From NCBI GenBank assembly GCA_024639185.1, contig JAHEIW010000005.1:12121-76120 (forward strand): a DNA stretch of 64,000 nt, given 5' to 3'. The translations under genes were made by a program, and so were the position numbers. The stretch is from Deltaproteobacteria bacterium. GTDB taxonomy: Bacteria; Desulfobacterota; Desulfobacteria; Desulfobacterales; JAHEIW01. Under the pieces are notes generated by a model, which saw only the letters and a program-made list of their open reading frames with translations, searched no databases and was not told the DNA's origin. This document shows positions 47,984 to 57,308 of the stretch, one piece after another. How positions within the stretch are numbered: the first letter of the stretch is position 1; the number at the start of each line of letters is the position of its first letter.

Positions 47984-49099
47984 ATGGAAAACCTTATACC
48001 GTGGTTTTGTCTTAAACATGTTCCCGGCATCGGCAACCACTTATTTAAGCGGTTGATAGAACAGTTTGGATCACCGCAGCGCGTTTTTCAGATGACTCCG
48101 CAACAGCTGCTGGCCGTCGAGGGTATCTCAAAAAATCTGGCAGCTGCCATCGTAAACTTTAAAGCACCGCAATGGATCCAGGCGGAGCTGGATCACGTCC
48201 ATCAAAGAGGGTACACACTGATCACCCTGGCAGATGGGTCGTATCCGCCGTTGTTGAAAGAGATACCGGACCCGCCGCCGCTTCTGTATGTCTCCGGCGA
48301 TCTGGCGGGTACGAATAAAACCGTTGCTGTGGTCGGTTCACGCAACGCAACCGCTTACGGCATTTCAGCCACCCAGAACCTGTGCGCAGATCTGACCGCA
48401 TTGGATATTACAATCGTGAGCGGAATGGCACTGGGTATTGATACCGCGGCCCATCAGGGTGCTCTGGCAGGCAAAGGCAAAACCGTTGCGGTGCTTGGAA
48501 GCGGACTGAATATTATTTATCCGGCTGAAAACCGCAGACTGTTTGAGCGAATATCAGAACAGGGCGCTGTCGTATCAGAATTTGGGCTGGGCACAAAACC
48601 CGAAGCCCATAATTTTCCGATTCGGAACCGGATCATCAGTGGAATGAGTATGGGAACAATTGTCGTTGAGGCCTCGCGTAAAAGCGGGTCACTGATCACG
48701 GCGCGCCTGGCAGCAGAGCAAAATCGAGAGGTATTTGCGGTTCCCGGAAGCATCCAATCATTCAAAAGCACCGGCACCCATACGTTGATCAAGCAGGGTG
48801 CTAAATTGGTGGAAAATGCACAGGATGTCCTCGAGGAACTGACAGCATTTACAGCGTATGTGCCCGTAGCGGCAGAATCTTTGAATCATGCGACCGACCC
48901 GAGGCTGGCGTCTCTCGCACCGGATGAATTGGACCTTTTTAAAATTCTCAGTCCCTATCCACTGCATATTGATGCCATCGTTCGCAAAACAAATATCGAG
49001 CCGGGTAAATTGCTGAGCCTTCTGCTGCAATTAGAGCTCAAAGGGGTGGTGCAACAGCTGCCCGGTAAGCTTTTTGCCATCTTGGAACCGAAACCTTAA
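47984..49099 (+). CDS. dprA: DNA-processing protein DprA (Smf)
   Basis: 371 aa. VAVVGSR.AT.YG, G.A.GID..AH.GAL, and the VVE......GSLITA..A.EQ.R.VFAVPG motif. Confidence 0.9.
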   Translation: MENLIPWFCLKHVPGIGNHLFKRLIEQFGSPQRVFQMTPQQLLAVEGISKNLAAAIVNFKAPQWIQAELDHVHQRGYTLITLADGSYPPLLKEIPDPPPLLYVSGDLAGTNKTVAVVGSRNATAYGISATQNLCADLTALDITIVSGMALGIDTAAHQGALAGKGKTVAVLGSGLNIIYPAENRRLFERISEQGAVVSEFGLGTKPEAHNFPIRNRIISGMSMGTIVVEASRKSGSLITARLAAEQNREVFAVPGSIQSFKSTGTHTLIKQGAKLVENAQDVLEELTAFTAYVPVAAESLNHATDPRLASLAPDELDLFKILSPYPLHIDAIVRKTNIEPGKLLSLLLQLELKGVVQQLPGKLFAILEPKP

Positions 49100-49214
49100 A
49101 CGTCAGCACCAAGCAAACCGGATTTGATTGATTGTCTTGTGCAACGCCATGTTGCATATGCGGTCTTTGAGCGCGGGCAACTATCATACGGCAAAATGAA
49201 CGCAAGGAGAAATC

Positions 49215-51491
49215 GTGACCAAACCACTTGTAGTTGTGGAATCGCCGACGAAAGTCAAAACGATTAAAAAGTATTTGGGGCAGGATTATAATGTCGCGGC
49301 AACCGTCGGCCATATTAAAGATCTACCCAACAAAGAAATGGGGATTGATATCGAAAACGGATTCAAGCCCCAATACAAGAATATCCCCGGCAAACAAAAA
49401 GTGATCAAAGCTTTAAAACAGGCTGCCGGTGATGCCGCCGATATATATCTGGCACCTGACCCGGATCGTGAAGGTGAAGCCATAGCATGGCATGCTTCGG
49501 AAGTTCTTAAAAAAAAGAGCCGCAAGTTTTATCGCGTTCTTTTTCATGAACTCACCAAAGATGCGATTCATAAAGCGATGACATCACCGCAATCTCTCGA
49601 CCGCCCTAAATATGAAGCCCAACAGGCACGGCGCATACTCGACCGTCTGGTCGGTTATCATATCTCGCCATTGTTATGGCGCAAAGTAAAAGGCGGTTTG
49701 AGCGCCGGCCGGGTGCAATCCGTTGCTGTGCGCATCATTTGTGAAAGAGAACGTGCCATCCAAGCCTTTGAACCCCAGGAGTACTGGTCGATCACGGCGC
49801 ATCTTGAAGGTGAATCCCCTCCCCCGTTTATAGCCAAACTGTCTAAAAAAGATGATACCAAAATTGACATTTCCAATAAAAAATCAGCCGATTCAATACT
49901 CGCGCAGCTCGAAGGTGAAAAATTTGTTGTAAAAAAAATATCTGAAAAGACCATCCGCAAAAACCCGCAACCGCCATTTACCACCAGCAAGCTGCAGCAG
50001 GACGCCATACGCAAATTACGCTTCTCTGCTAAAAAGACCATGTTGATTGCCCAGCAGCTCTACGAAGGTATCGAGCTGGGACCGGGAGAACCCGTCGGTT
50101 TGATCACTTACATGCGAACCGACTCCACACGTATCGCCGGCGAGGCTGCAGAAGAGGCCTTAACGGTCATCCGGGAAAAATTTGGCAACGAATACGCACT
50201 GGATAAACCACGGTATTTTAAAAACCGAAAAAAAGTGCAGGATGCGCACGAAGCCATTCGCCCGACCGTACTCAGGAATACACCTGACGAAATGGCATCT
50301 TATTTATCCAAGGATCAACTGGCTTTATACCGTTTGATCTGGCAGCGCTTCGTCGCCTCCCAGATGAAACAGGCCCTTATCAATCAGGTATCGGTCACCA
50401 TTAAAGCCGGTCCTTATACATTCAACGCCAGCGGATCCACGGTAAAATTCCACGGCTTTATGGCGCTGTATAAGTCAGTCGCCGACGAAAAAGCTGAAAA
50501 GGATCAGAATAAGAAACCCATTTTACCGATCCTGGCGGAAGAAATGTTCTTAACGCTTTTGAAGTTGGCGCCCAAGCAGCATTTTACCCAGCCACCGCCA
50601 CGGTTCTCTGAAGCCTCTCTGGTCAAAGAACTTGAGGAAAATGGGATTGGCCGACCCAGTACCTATGCCAGCATCTTGTCGACCATTCGCATAAAAGAAT
50701 ACGCCAATTTGCAAAATCGATATTTTCGCCCAACTGAGCTGGGTTTCATCGTCAACGATCTTCTGGTAGAAAATTTTCCCGATATCGTTGACGTAGAGTT
50801 TACCGCCCGGATGGAAGAAAACCTGGACCGTGTTGAATCTTCAGAAGTGGAATCCGCCAAAATCCTGTCTCAATTTTATGGTTCCTTTAAAGAGGATCTG
50901 GAAACGGCATCCAAAGATATGCTGAGTGTTAAAGGCGTAGGGTTGCCCACAGGGCTCAATTGCCCGGACTGCGGCAACCCCCTGCATATAAAGGTCGGTA
51001 AAAACGGCCATTTTCTGGCATGCAGCGGTTACCCGGATTGTAACTACTCCAGGGATTATATTCGTGACGAACGCGGAAACGTTCAGCCTGTGGAAAGCAA
51101 CATTGAGGAAGTTGTCGACAAGGTTTGCGATAAATGCGGCAGCCCGATGGTGGTCAAACGCGGTCGCTACGGGGAATTTTTGGCATGCAGTGCATATCCG
51201 GATTGTAAAAATACTCAGTCGCTAAATTCTAATGGCGCCAACCAGAAAATCGGAATAAAATGCCCGCAACAGAATTGCGATGGTGAAATTGTTGAAAGAC
51301 ATTCCAAACGCGGCAAACTGTTTTACGGGTGCAGTCAATTTCCCAAGTGTGAATTCGCCACATGGGACAAACCGATCAATAGAAAATGTCCGCAGTGTGA
51401 TGCCCCTATATTGCTAGAAAAAACAACCAAAAAGGAAGGCACATTTTTAACCTGCCTGTCCACAGAATGCGACTATAAGGAGCTGCTTTAA
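49215..51491 (+). CDS. topA: DNA topoisomerase I
   Basis: 758 aa. GTG start after AAGGAG. TOPRIM (LVVVESP.K..TI), active-site region (GLITYMRTDS) and four C-terminal CxxC..CxxC zinc ribbons. Confidence 0.95.
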   Translation: MTKPLVVVESPTKVKTIKKYLGQDYNVAATVGHIKDLPNKEMGIDIENGFKPQYKNIPGKQKVIKALKQAAGDAADIYLAPDPDREGEAIAWHASEVLKKKSRKFYRVLFHELTKDAIHKAMTSPQSLDRPKYEAQQARRILDRLVGYHISPLLWRKVKGGLSAGRVQSVAVRIICERERAIQAFEPQEYWSITAHLEGESPPPFIAKLSKKDDTKIDISNKKSADSILAQLEGEKFVVKKISEKTIRKNPQPPFTTSKLQQDAIRKLRFSAKKTMLIAQQLYEGIELGPGEPVGLITYMRTDSTRIAGEAAEEALTVIREKFGNEYALDKPRYFKNRKKVQDAHEAIRPTVLRNTPDEMASYLSKDQLALYRLIWQRFVASQMKQALINQVSVTIKAGPYTFNASGSTVKFHGFMALYKSVADEKAEKDQNKKPILPILAEEMFLTLLKLAPKQHFTQPPPRFSEASLVKELEENGIGRPSTYASILSTIRIKEYANLQNRYFRPTELGFIVNDLLVENFPDIVDVEFTARMEENLDRVESSEVESAKILSQFYGSFKEDLETASKDMLSVKGVGLPTGLNCPDCGNPLHIKVGKNGHFLACSGYPDCNYSRDYIRDERGNVQPVESNIEEVVDKVCDKCGSPMVVKRGRYGEFLACSAYPDCKNTQSLNSNGANQKIGIKCPQQNCDGEIVERHSKRGKLFYGCSQFPKCEFATWDKPINRKCPQCDAPILLEKTTKKEGTFLTCLSTECDYKELL

Positions 51492-51556
51492 AAATACTTG
51501 ACAACTCAGCAGCATCCTGCTACTCAGTAGTATAAATTCAGTCTGATGAGATCATA

Positions 51557-51649
51557 ATGAAAAGCCATATCGCCATTAACAACCTTATTAGCCTTATTCA
51601 GGTACTCGTCAGCGGCATTATTATTAGCTGCTGGGGAGCAAAGGGTTGA
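51557..51649 (+). CDS. ilv operon leader peptide (30 aa, rich in Ile/Leu/Val)
   Basis: MKSHIAINNLISLIQVLVSGIIISCWGAKG. 12 of 30 residues are Ile/Leu/Val, including an III run at 51617-51625. The stop codon lies inside the antiterminator strand, and a terminator follows. Confidence 0.6.
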   Translation: MKSHIAINNLISLIQVLVSGIIISCWGAKG

Positions 51650-51682
51650 TAATGGCCTAAATCTGCTAAATCAAGAATTTCA

Positions 51683-51721
51683 AAACCGTTATCAGCCCAA
51701 CGCTGATAACGGTTTTTTTTT
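51683..51721 (+). terminator. attenuator (rho-independent terminator) of the ilv leader
   Basis: AAACCGTTATCAGC-CCAAC-GCTGATAACGGTTT forms a 14-bp perfect stem followed by a 9-T run. It lies 72 nt upstream of the ilvB ATG. Confidence 0.75.
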
Positions 51722-51793
51722 GAGAACAACCCGGAGGTTTTTCTAGTAAAGTGGCATAGAAAAATTTTCCAATGGAAATTAAGAGGTAAGAAA

Positions 51794-53479
51794 ATGAAAT
51801 TAACCGGTGCTCAAATATTAATGGAAATACTCAAAGAAGAAGGCGTCGACACGATCTTCGGATTCCCCGGGGGGGCTGTGATCGATATTTATGATGAACT
51901 GATTAAAACCGATATTCGGCATATACTGGTTAGACATGAACAGGGCGCTGTACACGCTGCCGACGGTTACGCTCGTGCCGGCGACAAAGTCGGCGTTTGC
52001 CTTGTGACTTCCGGGCCCGGCGCAACCAACACGGTCACCGGGATTGCTTCGGCTTATATGGATTCAATTCCGATGGTCATTCTTACCGGGCAGGTGCCAA
52101 CCCAATTAATTGGCAATGATGCTTTCCAGGAAGTTGATATCGTAGGGATCACCCGCCCCTGCACCAAGCATAACTATTTGGTGCCATCGGCTGAAGCTTT
52201 TCCCCGAATTATTAAAGAAGCATTTTACCTGGCGCGCTCAGGCCGTCCGGGCCCTGTGCTGATCGATATTCCCAAAGATGTTGGCAAAGCCGTCATTGAT
52301 TACAAACCCATCAAAGAGGTTCAGCTAAAATCGTACAATCCGACCTATGAGCCGAATATGAAGCAACTCAGAAAAGTCGTTGACCTGGTCGAAGCTTCGC
52401 AAAGGCCGGTTATTTTTGCCGGAGGTGGTGTAATCCTTTCGGGGGCAGCTGCAGAATTGACCCAATTTGCCCGCAACGTCCGCATACCGGTTACAACCTC
52501 GTTAATGGGCCTGGGGAACTTTCCCGGCACAGACCCGTTGTGGCTTGGCATGCTCGGCATGCATGGTACCTATCGTGCCAATATGAGTACCGGCGCTTGC
52601 GATCTTCTGCTTGCCATCGGTGTCCGATTTGATGACCGCGTTACCGGAAAAACAGACGCATTTGCGGCTCAAGCGAAAATTGTCCACATCGATATTGACC
52701 CGACTTCAATTCGCAAAAATATACCGGTGACGATTCCGATTGTCGGAGACTGCAAAATCAGTTTGCAACACCTGAATCAACTCATAGAACAGACTGACCT
52801 GACCGACATCGAAAAGAAACGTCAGAGCTGGTTGGACCAAATTGAGGAATGGAAAAATACCAAGCCGCTGGCTTATAAACAGGAGGATACGCTCAAACCC
52901 CAGTTTGTGGTTGAGAAACTTTATGAGCTAACAAAGGGCGAAGCCATCATTACGACCGAAGTGGGCCAGAATCAGATGTGGGCGGCGCAATATTATCATT
53001 TTGATCGCCCCAACCATTTTATTACATCCGGTGGCCTCGGCTGCATGGGATTTGGGCTGCCGGCAGCCATCGGGGCCCAGATGGCTTGCCCGGACAAGCT
53101 CGTCATCGACATTGCCGGTGATGGCAGTATCCAGATGAACATACAGGAAATGGCCACCGCTGTCCAAAGCGGCCTTCCGGTCAAAGTGGTCATCCTCAAT
53201 AACGCCTATCTGGGGATGGTCCGCCAGTGGCAGGAATTATTTTATGAAAAGCGCTATGCCTGCACGGGCATGGATTGCGCACCGGATTTTGTAAAACTTG
53301 CCGAAGCTTACGGGGCACTTGGTTTGAGAGCAACTAAACCCCAGGACGTTGAAGCGGTGCTCAAGGAAGGCCTGGCCGCCTCCGGACCGGTCATTATGGA
53401 TTTTAAGGTCGATCGTGAAGAAAGTGTTTATCCAATGGTGCCGGCCGGCGCGCCCATCACGGAGATGCTGCTGGTTTAA
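51794..53479 (+). CDS. ilvB: acetolactate synthase, large (catalytic) subunit
   Basis: 561 aa. [15 protein letters not shown], and the [16 protein letters not shown]...GDGS.QMN.QE TPP motif. Confidence 0.95.
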   Translation: MKLTGAQILMEILKEEGVDTIFGFPGGAVIDIYDELIKTDIRHILVRHEQGAVHAADGYARAGDKVGVCLVTSGPGATNTVTGIASAYMDSIPMVILTGQVPTQLIGNDAFQEVDIVGITRPCTKHNYLVPSAEAFPRIIKEAFYLARSGRPGPVLIDIPKDVGKAVIDYKPIKEVQLKSYNPTYEPNMKQLRKVVDLVEASQRPVIFAGGGVILSGAAAELTQFARNVRIPVTTSLMGLGNFPGTDPLWLGMLGMHGTYRANMSTGACDLLLAIGVRFDDRVTGKTDAFAAQAKIVHIDIDPTSIRKNIPVTIPIVGDCKISLQHLNQLIEQTDLTDIEKKRQSWLDQIEEWKNTKPLAYKQEDTLKPQFVVEKLYELTKGEAIITTEVGQNQMWAAQYYHFDRPNHFITSGGLGCMGFGLPAAIGAQMACPDKLVIDIAGDGSIQMNIQEMATAVQSGLPVKVVILNNAYLGMVRQWQELFYEKRYACTGMDCAPDFVKLAEAYGALGLRATKPQDVEAVLKEGLAASGPVIMDFKVDREESVYPMVPAGAPITEMLLV

Positions 53480-53480
53480 A

Positions 53481-53580
53481 TCGCGAAGTCGGGTTTCGCG
53501 TTGCGCGTTAAGTTTTGGCCCGATAGCCTATCAAACACAGTCAACCCGCAACCCGTAACCCGTAACTCGCATCTCGCAAC
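53481..53580. repeat. periodic-arm palindrome (heptamer word CGCGTTG / CAACCCG)
   Basis: TCGCGAAG TCGGGTT TCGCGTT GCGCGTTA (53481-53510) faces CAACCCG CAACCCG TAACCCG TAACTCG CATCTCG CAAC (53542-53580). Fills the ilvB-ilvN gap. Confidence 0.75.
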
Positions 53581-53592
53581 AGGAATTTAAAG

Positions 53593-54081
53593 ATGGAAGA
53601 AAAAAAACATACCATGACGATGCTGGTCGATAATCAACCGGGGGTGCTCTCAAGGGTTTCCGGGCTGTTCAGCGGTAAGGGATTCAACATCGAAAGCCTG
53701 TGCACTGCACCAACCATGGACCCGAAGGTATCCCGGATAACGATTGTCACCAAGGCCAATCCGCCCGTAATTGAACAAGTTGAAAAACAGCTCAGAAAGT
53801 TGATCAATGTCATCAAACTGCGCGATATGACCGGAGCAAGGGCGGTAAAAAGAGAAATGGCCTTGATCTGTGTGAAGGCGCGGCCGGATTTACGGGCGGA
53901 AATTCTGCGAATTGTAGACATCTTTCGCTGCAAAGTGATTGATGTCGGCACTGAGCACTATATTATCGAGGTTACCGGAGATGAAGGAAAATTGAAAGCG
54001 CTGATCAACCTCCTCAAACCGATGGGAATAAAAAAAATTGCCCGTAGCGGATCGTTGGCACTCTATCGAGAACCCAAGTAG
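53593..54081 (+). CDS. ilvN: acetolactate synthase, small (regulatory) subunit
   Basis: 162 aa. ACT domain: H.....V.N.PGVL.RV.GLFS.KGFNIESL. Confidence 0.9.
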   Translation: MEEKKHTMTMLVDNQPGVLSRVSGLFSGKGFNIESLCTAPTMDPKVSRITIVTKANPPVIEQVEKQLRKLINVIKLRDMTGARAVKREMALICVKARPDLRAEILRIVDIFRCKVIDVGTEHYIIEVTGDEGKLKALINLLKPMGIKKIARSGSLALYREPK

Positions 54082-54109
54082 TTTTCAATTCCTAAATGGC
54101 TATTTTTCC

Positions 54110-54195
54110 GCTGGACTGCGTTCTCCGAGGGTTTTAGACCTCAACGTACGCTAAAGTATGCCTCGATCTAAAACCCGTGTGCGGCCTTGCCCAGC
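54110..54195. repeat. intercistronic long hairpin (ilvN-ilvC gap)
   Basis: GCTGGACTGCG..GAGGGTTTTAGA faces TCTAAAACCC..GCGGCCTTGCCCAGC. Flanked by T5 upstream and A8 downstream. Confidence 0.6.
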
Positions 54196-54305
54196 AAAAA
54201 AATATCTCATTCATGAATTAAAAACACTTTCTTTGAATAGCAAATTGTTAAAAACATTTCATCACGGATTAACGTTAATGCAAGACTGAAAAAAGGAGAA
54301 AATGA

Positions 54306-55358
54306 ATGGCACAGTTTAATTTCGGAGGAACCGAAGAAGAAGTGATCACGGATGAGGAGTTTTCGCTGCAGCAAGCCCGCGACGTTCTTGCAGATGAAGT
54401 CGTGGCTGTTTTGGGGTATGGCGTCCAAGGCCCCGGTCAGGCGTTGAATATGAGAGACAACGGCATCAACGTTATCGTCGGCCAGCGTGAGAGCAGTGAC
54501 TCCTGGGACCGTGCGGTATCGGATGGATTTGTGGCGGGCAAAACTCTTTTTCCGTTACTGGAAGCCGCGCAGCAGGCAACCGTCATCCAGTACCTGCTTT
54601 CTGATGCTGGCCAAAAGGCCATGTGGCCACAGATAAAGGAATGCCTGGCAGATGGAAACACGCTCTATTTCTCGCATGGGTTTTCAATCGTTTACCACGA
54701 ACAAACCGGTGTGATAGCGCCCCCCAATGTGGATGTGGTTTTAGTAGCGCCCAAAGGATCAGGGCGTACCGTCAGGAGCAATTTTCTGGACGGTAGCGGC
54801 ATAAACTCGAGCTTCGCCATTCATCAGGATTACACCGGAAAAGCCCGGGAAAAAACCCTGGCACTCGGAATTGCCATCGGCTCCGGTTACCTGTTCCCGA
54901 CCACCTTTGCCAATGAAGTATACAGTGATTTAACCGGCGAGCGCGGTGTGCTGATCGGCTGCCTGGCAGGTGTCATGGAGGCACAGTACGCGCTATTGCG
55001 TAAACATGGACACAGTCCGAGCGAGGCGTTTAACGAAACCGTGGAAGAATTGACCCAGAGCCTCATCCGCCTGGTGGCCGCAAACGGCATGGATTGGATG
55101 TTTGCCAGTTGCTCTACAACCGCGCAGCGCGGTGCCTTAGACTGGGCACCCAAATTTCGGGATGCGGTCGCTCCTGTATTTGATAAGCTGTATGAACGCG
55201 TCGTGTCCGGTGAGGAAACCAAGCGGGTACTGGAAACGAACAGCGCACCGGATTATCGCGAAAAGCTCGAAAAAGAACTGACGGTTATGAGAGACTCCGA
55301 GATGTGGCAGGCCGGTGCCGTGGTCCGTTCACTAAGACCGGAAAACCGCAAAAAATAA
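54306..55358 (+). CDS. ilvC: ketol-acid reductoisomerase
   Basis: 350 aa. VAVLGYGVQGPGQALN Rossmann motif, SHGF, and the APKG.G..VR motif. AAGGAG RBS. Confidence 0.85.
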   Translation: MAQFNFGGTEEEVITDEEFSLQQARDVLADEVVAVLGYGVQGPGQALNMRDNGINVIVGQRESSDSWDRAVSDGFVAGKTLFPLLEAAQQATVIQYLLSDAGQKAMWPQIKECLADGNTLYFSHGFSIVYHEQTGVIAPPNVDVVLVAPKGSGRTVRSNFLDGSGINSSFAIHQDYTGKAREKTLALGIAIGSGYLFPTTFANEVYSDLTGERGVLIGCLAGVMEAQYALLRKHGHSPSEAFNETVEELTQSLIRLVAANGMDWMFASCSTTAQRGALDWAPKFRDAVAPVFDKLYERVVSGEETKRVLETNSAPDYREKLEKELTVMRDSEMWQAGAVVRSLRPENRKK

Positions 55359-55362
55359 ATCG

Positions 55363-55460
55363 GGCGCACGGCGCACGGTGTATGGCGCAAGGCAGGGAAT
55401 CAAATCCCGTAAATTAAAAACGTTCCTTCGTCTTGAGCCTGACGCCTTAGGCCTTGAGCC
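55363..55460. repeat. periodic-arm palindrome (heptamer word GGCGCAM / CTTGAGC)
   Basis: GGCGCAC GGCGCAC GGTGTAT GGCGCAA GGCAGGG (55363-55397) faces CCTTCGT CTTGAGC CTGACGC CTTAGGC CTTGAGC (55425-55459). Fills the ilvC-cimA gap. Confidence 0.8.
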
Positions 55461-55481
55461 ATCATGTGTTGGAGAACTCTA

Positions 55482-57110
55482 ATGGACCCAATCCTTTTAT
55501 ACGATACGACGTTAAGAGATGGAACCCAGGGAGAAAATGTCACTTTTTCGGCAGAAGAAAAATTAAATATCGCTTTGCGTCTGGACGATAACGGTATTCA
55601 TTATATCGAAGGCGGTTGGCCCGGTTCGAATCCCAGGGATGTCGCCTTTTTCGATTTGGCCAAACGCGTAAAATTCACGCAGGCCCGTCTGGCGGCCTTT
55701 GGTTCAACCCGCAAACCCGGTATTCGCCCCGATGAGGACCAAAATTTAAAGGCATTGCTGGAAACCGAAACGCCGACGGTTACCGTTTTCGGCAAAAGCT
55801 GGGACCTGCATGTTGAGCAGATCATGGGTAACACCTTGATAGAAAATCTGGCCATGATCAATGACAGCGTTGCATTTTTAAAGCAGCATGACCGCGAAGT
55901 TGTCTATGACGCCGAACACTTTTTTGACGGCTATAAGAACAATAAAAACTATGCCCTTAAATCGCTGGGCGCTGCTGTCGACGGCGGCGCTGATTTTATT
56001 GTTTTATGTGACACAAATGGGGGTACGCTCCCCTACGAATTGGAGATGATCATTGATAGGCTGCAAACAGAATTAAAGGACTACTGCGCAAATCCATCTC
56101 AAAATGATTCCATCAAGCTTGGCATTCACTGTCACAATGACTGCAGTATGGCGGTGGCAAATTCGATCAGTGCCATTCACAAAGGGGCTGTCATGGTCCA
56201 CGGGACCATAAATGGATATGGTGAAAGATGCGGCAATGCCGATTTAACCTCAATCATTCCCATCCTGAAACTGAAAATGGAACGCGGGTGCGTCTCGGCT
56301 GAAAATCTTCAGAAGCTAAAAAATCTTTCGCGTTATGTCAGTGAAACAGCCAATCTGGTTCCGGTCAACTCACGGCCCTTTGTGGGCAAAAGCGCTTTTG
56401 CGCACAAAGGCGGCATTCATGTCAGCGCGATTATGAAAGCACCTCTTGCGTATGAACACATGGACCCGGCAGCGGTCGGCAACAACCGCCGGGTGCTGGT
56501 CTCCGATCTCTCGGGCAAAAGCAACGTGGAGTACAAAGCCAGGGAACTGGGTGTCGAACTGGGCAATAACGGCTTTGACAGCCGTCAAATCGCCTCTGAG
56601 ATCAAACAACTCGAACAGGAAGGTTATCAGTTTGATTCAGCAGATGGTTCGTTTAAAATTTTGCTGGAAAAATTTACCGATCAATTTGAGCCTCATTTTG
56701 AACTCGAATCTTTCCGGGTAACCATTGAAAAGGACAAGGATCAACCCTGCTCTGCGCATGCGACGATCAAAATTAGCGTCAGCGGCAACCAGGAAATTAC
56801 AGCTGGTGAGGGATACGGACCGGTCAGCGCCCTGGACAATGCGCTCAGAAAGGCTCTGGGTAAATTCTACCCCGACCTGGATACGATGCGACTGGTCGAT
56901 TTTAAAGTCCGCGTTATCGACGGCAGCCGGGGCACGGCCGCCAAAGTGCGCGTACTCATCGAATCGCGGGATCAAAATGAAATCTGGAGCACGATGGGTG
57001 TTTCGGAGGACATCATAGAAGCCAGCTGGCAGGCGCTGGCAGATAGTTTTCAATTTAAACTCGCCAATGCTCAGCGTATCCGAATCGAGGATTCGGCAAA
57101 ATCGCTGTAA
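55482..57110 (+). CDS. cimA: (R)-citramalate synthase (LeuA-related, long-form CimA type)
   Basis: ATG at 55482, 6 nt after GGAGA, gives MDPILLYDTTLRDGTQGE. HCHND and GTINGYGERCGNA are present, plus a C-terminal LeuA-dimer regulatory domain. This family type is distinct from the adjacent leuA. Confidence 0.75.
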   Translation: MDPILLYDTTLRDGTQGENVTFSAEEKLNIALRLDDNGIHYIEGGWPGSNPRDVAFFDLAKRVKFTQARLAAFGSTRKPGIRPDEDQNLKALLETETPTVTVFGKSWDLHVEQIMGNTLIENLAMINDSVAFLKQHDREVVYDAEHFFDGYKNNKNYALKSLGAAVDGGADFIVLCDTNGGTLPYELEMIIDRLQTELKDYCANPSQNDSIKLGIHCHNDCSMAVANSISAIHKGAVMVHGTINGYGERCGNADLTSIIPILKLKMERGCVSAENLQKLKNLSRYVSETANLVPVNSRPFVGKSAFAHKGGIHVSAIMKAPLAYEHMDPAAVGNNRRVLVSDLSGKSNVEYKARELGVELGNNGFDSRQIASEIKQLEQEGYQFDSADGSFKILLEKFTDQFEPHFELESFRVTIEKDKDQPCSAHATIKISVSGNQEITAGEGYGPVSALDNALRKALGKFYPDLDTMRLVDFKVRVIDGSRGTAAKVRVLIESRDQNEIWSTMGVSEDIIEASWQALADSFQFKLANAQRIRIEDSAKSL

Positions 57111-57308
57111 AGGAGAATTCAAGTGAAAAGGACGAAAGGAATCAACGCCGCGGGCCTTCCCTTCTCGGGCGGCCTGCGGCCGATGCTCCCTGCTTTACGG
57201 TCAAATCGATAAAGGGTTAAATCGTTGAACAGTTAGGCTTAGACCGATCAGGAAAAAGATCTTACCCATTTACAAACCAACCATTTAATTAAAGGGAGCC
57301 AGAGCAAA

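Noticed and set aside
51498-51536. TTGACA (51498-51503) plus TATAAA (51531-51536) as the ilv promoter.
   Set aside because: The spacer is 27 nt, far from the 16-18 nt optimum. No alternative -35 lies at the right distance, so no promoter is called.
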